Shown here: positions 11,301 through 21,917 of the stretch, one piece after another | Layout of the letters: each line of letters starts with the position of its first letter | Position numbering within the stretch: position 1 is the first letter of the stretch | Source: Phyllobates terribilis | Lineage: Eukaryota | Assembly (NCBI RefSeq): GCF_046119375.1 | Contig: NW_027362762.1 | Location: 129,704,001-129,768,000 of the forward strand | Direction: 5' to 3' | DNA length: 64,000 nt | Program-made: the position numbers and the translations under genes | Notes under the pieces: model-generated | Seen by the model: only the letters and a program-made list of their open reading frames with translations | Database searches by the model: none | What the model was told of the DNA's origin: nothing

Positions 11301-12168
11301 TTTCAGGAGGCCCTCCTCTAAGTCTCTTCAAAGGGGTATTGAGGTGCATCCAAATTTTCAAAGTGGTATTGGGGTGCGTCCAAATTTTGGGCAGCCCTGG
11401 CACTCACTGCATACGCAATAACAGTATAGGAGACCCACTCTTTAGTAATGGGAACAATAAAACATAGCCGGCTGATGGCTGTCTATGAATAGTGAGGGCC
11501 GACTGCTGGCCCTTTAAGAATAATAAAGGCCGCCTGATGGCCCTATAAAAATAGGCTTTGTGACTCTCAGAGTTCCTCCTTCATAAATGAAACACGATGT
11601 GTCTGATGATATCTCACACACCACATGGCCAGATAAGGTTGTAAAATGTTAAAATGACATTTCCTGGTGAATGCATTTGTCACGGTTGAAAGCAATTCAA
11701 AAGTGAAAAAACGCATCAAAAACGCTTTGTGAACATAGCCCAAGGTGTGGAGGAGCACTTTTGTTTTTGCTTATTTATTTTGCTTTATATACAAGTCATT
11801 ACCCTGGAAAGGATGTTCCTTAACATATTTCCCAGGAAATTCCATTTTGGTTTCGTTTGGTATGTTTTATTGTGAGTCCATAAAAGTGGCATAATACCTC
11901 TGACAACGTTGTTGACAGAAGTGACCTGGGAGTCAGGAATGCTTCCAGGGGTCTTCCCCATGCTGTCCCCATGTCATTGGAGCACTGTTCCCATCGATTT
12001 GGACAATTTTTAGGCCCTCTGCAGACCGCTGGGGGGAGCCACCTGAAAAATGCTCGAGTTTCCCATAAACTTACATTGGGCTCGTTGCTCAGGTCGAGCA
12101 CCCGAGTATTCCAATGTGCTCGACCCTAGCATCGAGCACCCGAGCATTTTAGTGCTCGTTCATCACTA
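8333..12168 (+). mobile_element. hAT DNA transposon A (3836 bp), deletion derivative
   Basis: TIR TAGTGATGAGCGAGCA / TGCTCGTTCATCACTA; 8-bp TSD TCGAGTAC / TCAAGTAC; ~130-bp GGAGACCCAC...AATAATGGGAA repeats in the 3' part. Confidence 0.93.
8506..10592 (+). pseudogene. hAT transposase pseudogene lacking the BED finger
   Basis: MGKARGKG... joins directly to IVPSRHYFSR; HLTMDMWTS, VVCDNG, CLAHVLNL, TRW-like THWNST, ASVLSERDFS; several frameshifts and stops. Confidence 0.92.
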
Positions 12169-12302
12169 TCAAGTACAGTTGCTCGGTGCATCATGGCAGG
12201 GCCAAACATTTAAGTACGCCTTCTCATCTGTCTGTTTTCTATCTTCACCACCCCTTTTGTTTGATTGGCAGCTCTGGTTTGATAGAGCCAGAAAAGGGCA
12301 TA

Positions 12303-14563
12303 TGTAACATACCTGGCGGCGTCCTTGCATAGTGGTCCATCTCCCACTGTGCAAGAGCGCGCACTTGATCTCCTGTCCAGAATGTCTCTCTGGCTTCCCT
12401 CCATGCTGTCTGTTTGTGTCTGTTTCTGCTGCTTAAGGGCGGCGCCCGATCACTTCCTGCTTTTTGTACCTGCTGTGGGTCACACCTCTTGTGCGTCCTC
12501 AGCCTATTGCTGTCTGTCACCTGGTATATAGCTCAGCTGCGCCCATCTATCCCTGCCTGAGCATAGTGTTTCTTTCAGTGTGTGCTTGCACTCTGAAGGT
12601 GCCAGGTCCCGTTCTGTGTTCTCTTGTCTGCCTATCCTGGAGGCTGTATTTCCAGGCCTGTCTGAACACGCTCCTAGCCTGTTCCTCCTGCCTTCTAGGG
12701 GCCGATTACCTAGACCTGTTCCTGTATCTTGTCTGACCTGTCTGAACACGCTCCTAGCCTGTTCCTCTCGCCTTCTAGGGGCTGATTTACCTAGACCCGC
12801 TCCTGTATCTTGTTTGTCCTGTCTGAACACGCTCCTTGCCTGTTCGTCCTGCCTCTCTGGGGGCCGTATTCCCAGACCCGCTCCTGTATCCCGCTGCAGT
12901 GTCGGTCTCCTCCGTACACTCAGTTCCAGTCTGAACTCTCTCCTATCCTTTACCTGTTTTGCCTCTATGTCCGTTCCCTTCCTTTTTCTGCAGAGTCTGA
13001 ACTCGTACCTAACTCCTGCTTGTTGTCTCTGTACTCCCGTTTGTGAGTTTGTGGTCCACTCGCTACTTCACTGCAAGTACCCTGTGGGTGTCTGGCTCTG
13101 CCTTTCCCTTCCTGTCTGTTCCGTGTGAACAGAGCCCTGTCCCCCCTACTCAGCCTAGCCTGCTGTGACTCCTTTGCTCACCGCTCCGGCGGTTCTAGCC
13201 TGCTCTGACTCCTTTGCTCACCGCTCCGGCGGTTCTAGCCTGCTCTGACTCCTTTGCTCACCGCTCCGGCGGTTCTAGTCTGCTCTGACTCCTTTGCTTA
13301 CCGCTCCGGCGGTTCTAGCCTGCTCTGACTCCTTGCTCACTGCTCCGGCAGTCCTGTCCTGCCCTGCTTCTGCCCACTGCTCCGGCAGTCCTGTCCTGCC
13401 CTGCTTCTGCCCGCTGCTCCGGCAGTCCTGTCCTGCCCTGCTTCTGCCCGCTGCTCCGGCAGTCCTGTCCTGCCCTGCTTCTGCCCGCTGCTCCGGCAGT
13501 CCTGTCCTGCCCTGCTTCTGCCCGCTGCTCCGGCAGTCCTGTCCTGCCCTGCTTCTGCCCGCTGCTCCGGCAGTCCTGTCCTGCCCTGCTTCTGCCCGCT
13601 GCTCCGGCAGTCCTGTCCTGCCCTGTTTCTGCCCGCTGCTCCGGCAGTCCTGTCCTGCCCTGCTTCTGCCCGCTGCTCCGGCAGTCCTGTCCTGCCCTGC
13701 TTCTGCCCGCTGCTCCGGCAGTCCTGTCCTGCCCTGCTTCTGCCCGCTGTTCCGGCAGTCCTGTCCTGCCCTGCTTCTGCCCGCTGTTCCGGCAGTCCTG
13801 TCCTGCCCTGCTTGTGCTCGCTGCTCCTGCAGCCCCGTCCTGCTCTGTTCTTGCCCACCGCTTCGGGCGTTCCCTCTCTGCTGTGGTTGTCTACCGCATC
13901 TGCGGTTCTGTGACCCAGTCTGTACTGGGTCTTAACCTTTCTGTGCTCCAGCCCGTCCTTTCGGCCAGTACCTCCCTGCCTGCATACTCGCCTGTATCCA
14001 CCCATCTGCATACCTGCCGTGTTTGCTTATATCCACCAGTCTGTGCCAGCCTAACCTGCCTGTTCCTGAGTCCCAGTGTGTACTGGGTCCTATCCCGCCT
14101 GTGTTCCTACCTGCTAGTGCCTCCCTGTCTGCACTCTAGCTGTGCTTACCTGTACCCCTCTACCTGTATTGTTCCTGAGTCCCAGTGTGTACTGGGTCCT
14201 ATCCCGCCTGTGTTCCTACCTGCTTGTGCCTCCCTGTCTGCACTCTAGCTGCGCTTGCCTTTACCCGCCTGCCTGCATACCAGTCGTGCCTGCCTATACC
14301 CTCCAGTCTGTGCGCCAGCCTAACCAGCCTGATCCAGTAATCCCTGTGTGGGTCAACCCCCGTGTCCGGAGTTTGACCTGGAGTAGCACCTGGTCCCTCT
14401 GCCCGGTTTCTCCCTGGTGCACTGGCGTCGTATGCCGTCGTGCCATCTTGGTCGGATCGGCCAGATACTTAGTCACGCCCCTCCAGGCACTCTCCGGTTC
14501 ATGGTCCAGTGGAATCACTACAATCACACGCACACGCCGCTCAGCCCGGGCGTGTGCATAACA
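12303..14563. mobile_element. Long solo LTR (2261 bp)
   Basis: TGTAAC...ATAACA termini with a perfect 5-bp TSD GCATA/GCATA; no retroviral ORFs inside; TATA-like TATATAG near 12525. Confidence 0.8.
13171..13815. repeat. Minisatellites inside the solo LTR: 40-bp x ~4, then 37-bp x ~13
   Basis: CCTTTGCTCACCGCTCCGGCGGTTCTAGCCTGCTCTGACT, then GCTGCTCCGGCAGTCCTGTCCTGCCCTGCTTCTGCCC. Confidence 0.95.
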
Positions 14564-17203
14564 GCATAGATAGTATGAAAACAAGCAGGTGAGAAGGTGC
14601 ACTTAAATGTTTGGCCATTCCATGATGCACTGAGTGCCTGTGCTTGATTTGAACAGTCATTTTCTGCTGACAGAGTCCTTTTAACTCCTAAGATCTCATC
14701 CACCTCTCCATAGCCCATTGATTTCTATGCCACACTTACCTGCTCATCTCCCTCCCAGCTGCTGAAAGCTGCAGCTTTCAGAGCAGTTCTCATAATCATG
14801 GCTCTCACCAACTGGAGCCGTGTGCTTCTTCAAATATCCTATTATTTCTGTGTAAAGACTGTGTTCAGACACATAACAAACAACCTATACATAAATGTCT
14901 TACAGCAGAACTTGTGCTGAGCTTTATAGTTCTAATACTACAACTCTGCTACTCACTAGAACTTTTATTCAAGGAGTAGAGCCCTTCCTGCAGGATATCA
15001 GGAAGTAAGGAGCTTGTATAGCTCTGAGCTGCTCAGGGTAGTGATGAGTCTGCGACCGAGACAAAAAGCCAGCTCTCTGCTGGGAACGATGGGAGCCGTC
15101 ACCCCAGTGAGAGCCACTAAATTCTCTGGATGGCTCTCACTAGGCGTAAAATGACGGTATTTGGTGGTCAAAACCTCATCTACCCGAACCAAACCTTGCC
15201 CATTTATCGATTTCATTGGCTGGCTGCAAGTAGGCTGAGTTTTGGCCATGGGTGGGCAGGGTTACAGCTGCATTAATTTCATCTTACATGTGTGTTCATC
15301 TGTGGTGAACACATATTTTATAGGGATTCATTTAGATTCCAAAATGGCTGGCTCTTTTAATGAGCCAAGTGATCCAGATCACCAAAAAGAGCCGGACTGC
15401 CCATCACTAGTTCAGGAGACAATTTGTGAATACCCCTTTAACTCCTTTACCCCCGAGGGTGATTTGCACGTTAATGACCGGGCCAATTTTTACAAATCTG
15501 ACCACTGTCACTTTATGAGGTAATATCTCTGGAACGCTTCAACGGATCCCGCTGATTCTGAGAATGTTTTTTCGTGACATATTGTACTTCACGATAGTGG
15601 TAAAATTTCTTTGATATCACTTGTGTTTATTTGTGAAAAAATTGGAAATTTGGCGAAAATTTCACAATTTTCAAAATTTGAATTTTTATGGCCTTAAATC
15701 AGAAAGATATGTCACACAAAGTAGTTAATAAATAGCATTTTCCATCAGCACAACTTTGGAACCAATTTTTTTTTTATTAGGGAGCTATAAGGGTTAAAAG
15801 TTGACCAGCGATTTCTCATTTTTCCAACAAAATTTACAAGACCATTTTTTTAGGGATCACATCACATTTGAAGTGACTTTGAGGGGCCTTTATGACAGAA
15901 AATACCCAAAAGTGACACCATTCTAAAAACTGCACCCCTCAAGGTGCTCAAAACCACATTCAAGAAGTTTATTAACCCTTTCGGTGGTTCACAGGAATTT
16001 TTGGAATGGGGAAGAAAAAAATGAACATTTAACTTTTTTCACAAAAATGTTACTTTAGACCCAATTTTTTTTTTATTTTTGCAGGGGTAACAGGAAAAAA
16101 TGGATCCCAAAATTTGTTGTGCAATTTCCCCTGAGCATGCAGATACCCCATATGTGAGGAAAAACCACTGTTTGGGCGCAAGGCAGGGCTGAGAAGGGAA
16201 GGAGCGCCATTTGACTTTTTGAATGTAAAATTTGCTTGAATAATTATCGGACGCCATGTTGCGTTTGGAGAGCCCCTGATGTGCCTAAGCAGTGGAAACC
16301 CCCCACAGATGACACCATTTTGGAAGCTAGACCCCTCAGGGTACTTATATAGATGTGTGGTGAGCACCTTGAACCCCCAGGTGCTTCACAAAAGTTTATA
16401 ACATGGAGCCGTGAAAATAAAATTTTCACATTTTTCCCACAAAAATGTTTTTCAGCCCCCAGTTTTGCATTTTCATAAGGGTAACAGGAGAAATCGCACT
16501 ATGCAACTTGTTGTGCAATCTCCCCTGAGTAACCCGATCCCCATATGTGGGGGAAAACCACTGCTTGGGTGCACGGCAGGGTTCAGAAGGGAAGGAGCGC
16601 CATTTGACTTTTTGAATGTAAAATTTGCTTGAATAATTAGCGGACGCCATGTTGCATTTGGAGAGCCCCTGATGTGCCTAAACAGTGGAAAACCCCCACA
16701 AGTGACACCAGTTTGGAAACTAGACCCCTAGATGTGTGGTGAGCCCCTTGAACCCCCAGGTGCTTCACAGAAGTTTATTACATGGAGCCATGAAAATAAA
16801 ATTTTCACATTTTTCCCACAAAAATATTTTTCAGCCCCAAATTTTTTATTTTCACAAGGGTAAGAGTAGAAAATGGAACCTAAAAACTGGTGTGCAATTT
16901 CTCCTGAGTATGCCAAAACCCCATATGTGGGGAAAATACACTGTTTGGGCGAACGTCAGGGTTCAAAAGGGAAGGAGCACTGTGTGACTTTTTGAACGCA
17001 AAATTGTCTGGAATCAAGAGCGAACGCCATGTCGCATTTCTGGAACCCCTGATGTGCCTAAATAGTGGAAACCCCCCACAATTGACTCCATTTTGGAAAC
17101 TAGACCACTCAAGGATTTTATCAAGGGGTACAGTGTACATTTTGAACCCAGAGGTACGACAGCATTTGATAATATTAGGTCATCATATTGAATAAGTTGT
17201 CAT

Positions 17204-17502
17204 TAGTCTTGAGCGCAAGTGCTTGTAATTTGAGTTTGCATCGGGTCCTTGGGTATGCACAATGTATCGCGGATGCTCGAGTGACATGTTCGAGTCCCCG
17301 CCCCGCATGTTTCATGGTTGTTAGACACCCCAAAAGAAATGTATGGATTGCTTGTGCATGGCAGGCGACCCCAGCAACGTTTTTTTGGCCGCAAAACATA
17401 TGGGGCAGAGACTCAAGCATGTCACTCGAACACCCGCGATACTCAGTGCATACCAGAGCACTCGATGCAAACTCAAGTAGCGAGCACTTGCGCTCAACAC
17501 TG
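17204..17502. mobile_element. hAT MITE (299 bp palindrome) with the same TIR family as the large hATs
   Basis: TAGTCTTGAGCGCAAGTGCT / AGCACTTGCGCTCAACACTG; degenerate 8-bp TSD GTTGTCAT / GTCGCCAT. Confidence 0.8.
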
Positions 17503-17555
17503 GTCGCCATATCGTCATCATTTTTTTTTTCTTTAATTTTGAAAAAATCCCAACC

Positions 17556-17745
17556 CTATTACAACCCTAACCCAACCCTAACCCCAGCCCAACCCTAACC
17601 CTAGCCCAACCCTAAACCTAGCCATACCCTAGCCCACCCCTTACCCTAGCCCAACCCTAACCCTAGCCCAACCCTAACCCTAGCCATACCCTAGCCCACC
17701 CCTAACCCTAGCCCAACCCTAACCCTAGCACAACCCCAACCCTAG
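17556..17745. repeat. Telomere-like variant hexamer array (CCCTAA/CCCTAG/CCCAA)
   Basis: Repeated ~18-bp unit AACCCTAACCCTAGCCC. Confidence 0.9.
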
Positions 17746-20700
17746 AGTTTATTTTTTTATGCCGTTCCTTGTGTGGTATAAGTGATTAGACGACTTTATT
17801 CTTCAGGTCGGTGTGATTACAGCGATACCAGATTTATAACGGGTTTTTATGACTTACATCTGTCACACACGAAAAGACGCTTTTTTTGCAAAGACTAGTT
17901 TTTGCATCGCCATATTTTGAGAGCTATAATTTTTCCATATTTTGGCCAACAGAGTCATGTCAGGGCTTGTTTTTTGTGGGAAACGTTGCCGTTTTTATTG
18001 GTACCATTTTCGGGCACGTGATATTTTTTGTTCGCTTTCTCTTCCGATTTTTGAGAGGCAGAATAAACAAAAAACAGCAATTCCGGAATTGTTTTTTTTT
18101 TTATGCCGTTCCACGTGTGGTAAAATTGATAAGGCAGCTTTATTCTTCGCGTCAGTATGTTTACAGCGGTACTGCATTTATATAGTTTTTTATGTTTTGG
18201 CGCTTTTACACGATAAAAACTATTTTTCTAGAAAAAATAATTTTTTTGCATCGCTTTATTCTGAGAGCTATAACTTTTTGATTTTTAGGATGATGGAGCT
18301 GTATGGCGGCTTGTTTGCGGGACAAGATGACATTTTCAGCCGTACCATTTTTATTTACATTCGTCTTTTTGATCGCGTGTTATTCCATTTTTTATTTGGC
18401 GGTATGATGATTATGCATCGTTTTTTGCTTTGTTTTTTTATTTATTTTTTTACTGTGTTTAACTAGTGGGACAGTTTTATAGGTCAGGTCGTTCCGGACG
18501 CGGCAATACCAAATATGTGTACTTTTACTGGTTTAATTTTTTTTTATAATAATTAAATATTATGGGTACAATATATTTTTATTTTTTGGGAATAATTTTT
18601 TTCACTTTTTTTAAATATTTTTACAAATTTTTTTTTTTCACTTTTTTTTACTGTTACACATTGTCCCACTATGGGACTTTCACTTTTCACCTGATCGGCT
18701 GTATAGCATAGAGAGAAGCAGCTCCCTATGCCATGCAGCCTGTCATGCTGCACAGTTACTTTGGTCATGCACTGCGCATGACCAAAGTAACTTCCTGCCT
18801 CCTGGTGACCCGGATGTTGTCATGACGACATCGGGTTGTCGTGACAACATCCGGGAGCTGCCACAGACATAGCTGGACACCGGAGAGGAGGTGAGTACCA
18901 GCACTTACCTCCACTGTTACTCCCGCAATGCTGCGATAGACTTCGATCGCAGCATTGCGGGGGTTAATGTGCTGGTGCGGGACCGCTTGTGTGCGGGCGT
19001 GATCGCATTATGCATAATAGTATGTAGCTGGTCCATAAGTCCCAGGGAGCAGCTGCGTACTATTACTGACTTGGTCGGAAAGGGGTTAAAGAAATTCCGT
19101 GGAGCAATATTTCTCCAGGTTGCTAACAGTCCAGCCAGATAAAATCCTTTTTCATGTATCCATAATTGTGAAGCTGTTGGAACAAATGATCTTTCTTTCT
19201 TTCTTCTTTTTCTCTCTGTGTCACTTCATGTGGTAATAATTCTGGAACACTTCAACGTATCCCAGTGATTCTGAGAGTGTAGTTTCGTGATACATTATAC
19301 TTTCTATTACTGGTAAATTCAGGCCGATATGTTTTGTGTTTATTTGTGAAAATATTGGAATTTTGGAGATAATTTTTAATCTTAATATCCTTAAACCAGT
19401 TAGTTGTGTTGTACAAAATAATTAATACATATCATTTCCCATATGTCTATTTTACATCTATATAATTTTACAAACATCATTTTATTTTGTTATGATGTTA
19501 GAGGGGTGAAAAGTTTGGCAGCAATTTCTCATTTTTTTAAGAAATTTACTAAACTTGTTTCTTTAGAGACCTATCCAGATTTAAATGGACATTGCTGGGT
19601 CTATATATTGGAAGCTCAAGTGATACCATTTTAAAATCTGCACCCCTCAAATACCTCAAAACTGCTGTCAGGAAATGTTTTAATCCTTCAGGTACTACAC
19701 AGGAATTAACCACTTCACAACCTGGGAAATATCCATACGTCATGGAAGGGAAGGACTTCCCGACCTTGGACGTAGGGATACGTCGTAGGGAAAATGCATC
19801 ACCGTGACCGAGCACATGGTGATCGCATTAAGGTGCCTGCTGATTCTTGCAGCAGGGCACCTGGACTTGGCGTCACGGGAGGGGGGGTTTCGCCACCCTC
19901 CTGCAAATATGATCGCTGTGATTGCTTGTTGAATTCTGAACAGCCAATCACAGCGATTTCAGTGTTTCAGGCAATAAAATTGCCTGAAACACTGAGGTCT
20001 AGCTGTGATCGGTGCTTTAACAGCGTCACCAGCAGCCCAACGCTGATGGGAGCGGTCGGATGATGACATCCGATTGCACCAATCAGTGAGCAGAGATGCA
20101 ATTTTACCCCACAATGACCGCCCTGCACTTCCTCATTCTAGCTTGGAGACAGGGTCGGACTGGGGTGTCTGGGGCCCACAGGGAGAACTGACTCTAGGGG
20201 CCCACCTACAGCCATATGCAAATATCTGTTAACCGCTATCCCTGTTATAGTGGAGCATTGACTGGCGGCTCCTGCACATCTACTGTGCGACACTAACTGG
20301 GATGTACAATTACGGTAGTTTGCATTAAAGGGCTTCTTTGGTTAAAACAAGTTATCACCGATCCATGGGCTCTACAGGATAGGTGATAACTAGTGTTGAG
20401 CATTCCGATACTGAAATATCGGGTATCGGCCGATATTCGCGGTATCGGAATTCCGATACTTAATTCCGATACTTTTACAATATCGTATACCGGAATCGGA
20501 AGTTCCCATAATGCAATGAGCCATTTTCATTTTATTCAGCCAATGAGGATCCTAAGAAGTGTGGGCACATCCTGTTAGGCATGTAGGCATCTTAACTAAT
20601 GGCATGGCTGTGATTGGCTGCTGAAATGATGTCATGATGCACTATAAAAGCCGCCGCCGCCATTTTGAGCTCACTCTGCTGTGAATTCAGTTAGGGATAG

Positions 20701-20769
20701 GACGCTGTTGTTCTGAGGGACAGTTTTAGCTACCTATTTGCTCTATACTGCTTTACCCAAGCTACTTTC

Positions 20770-21560
20770 TAAATCACTGTGCCTTGCAGCGCTAGTGCAC
20801 AGTTCCCTGTGCTGTTCACCGCTGTCTGCAAGGTCTGTGTGTGTGAGTGCAGCTCACCCTGTAGTGTGTGCTTCAGCCAAGTCTGGTTGTAGTGCACTCA
20901 GTGTGTGTCACTGCCTCATACATTGTCCTTTTTTGCCAATTCATAATTTTTCCTGATATCTCCTATTAGTGTGGTGGTTCCATCTGTATTCAGCTAAATT
21001 GGTTCCAAACACACTATATAGGAGTAGATAGAGAAATTTTTTTCCGTCTTGCAGCACTAGTGCACAGTGCTCTGCATCTGTACTGTTCACCACTGTCTGC
21101 AAGGACTGGTGTGTGAGTGCAGCTCACCCTGTAGTGTGTGCTTCAACCACGTCTGGTTGTAGTGCACTCAGTGTGTGTCACTGCCTCATACATTGTCCTT
21201 TTTTGCCAATTCATAATTTTTCCTGATATCTCCTATTAGTGTGGTGGTTCCATCCGTATTCAGCTAAATTGGTTCCAAACACACTATATAGGAGTAGATA
21301 GAGAAATTTTTTTGGTCTTGCAGCGCTAGTGCACAGTGCTCTGCATCTGTACTGTTCACCGCTGTCTGCAAGGTCTGGTGTGTGAGTGCAGCTCACCCTG
21401 TAGTGTGTGCTTCAACCCCGTCTGGTTGTAGTGCACTCAGTGTGTGTCACTGCCTCATACATTGTCCTTTATTGCCAATTCATAATTTTTCCTGATATCT
21501 CCTATTAGTGTGGTGGTTCCATCCGTATTCAGCCAAACACACTATATAGGAGTAGATAGA
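20770..21560. repeat. ~268-bp tandem repeat x3 in the hAT-B 5' region
   Basis: CTTGCAGC(G/A)CTAGTGCACAG recurs at ~20783, 21049 and 21318. Confidence 0.85.
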
Positions 21561-21917
21561 GGAGCCTTTCTGCAGCATTGGGCCCTGCAGCCCCAGCCAG
21601 ATTAGTATTAGCCTATTTTTTGCAGCCTCATCTATTGCATTGTAGGTTACCTTCCTACATTGTAATAGCTACAAAAAGTTTGTGATACTATCGTTATTAC
21701 ATCTTTAGGCACATCCAGTGTCTTTTTGTGACAAAAAAAAACCTAAATAAAGTTCACCAAACACTCCACTTTACAGTTGTGTAGGCCACATTAGCTCATA
21801 TTAAAGTCTAGTCCACACTTTATAAAATTAGTGTTTCTTATACCTGTTAGCAGCTGTTCAGGAATAAGCACACTAAGCCCTTAGTACTTTTCTGCCTATC
21901 TTTATCAGTCTACCAAG

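Larger units (their letters stand above)
8310..14680. mobile_element. Second copy of the same T2 MITE family, split by hAT-A and a solo LTR
   Basis: Pieces at 8310-8332, 12169-12302 and 14564-14680 (ending GTCATTTTCTGCTGACAGAGTCCTT|TTAA) reassemble into a copy resembling 8014-8302. Confidence 0.7.
15442..19085. mobile_element. Non-autonomous piggyBac-like (TTAA/CCCC) element or composite of elements
   Basis: TTAA|CTCCTT... and ...AAGGGG|TTAA ends; three ~390-bp internal repeats (CCCCATATGTG at ~16147, 16540, 16921); related fragments recur at ~19200-19720, ~36170-36755 and ~62660-63140. The ends match only briefly, so it may be two nested elements. Confidence 0.6.

Noticed and set aside
12464-14602. 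Cys/Leu/Pro-rich ORFs, including 213 and 224 aa
   Set aside because: Products of LTR-internal minisatellites; no gag, pol or env motifs.
17556-17745. True telomere or chromosome-fusion scar
   Set aside because: Short, mostly variant hexamers, single orientation, and embedded in a transposon.
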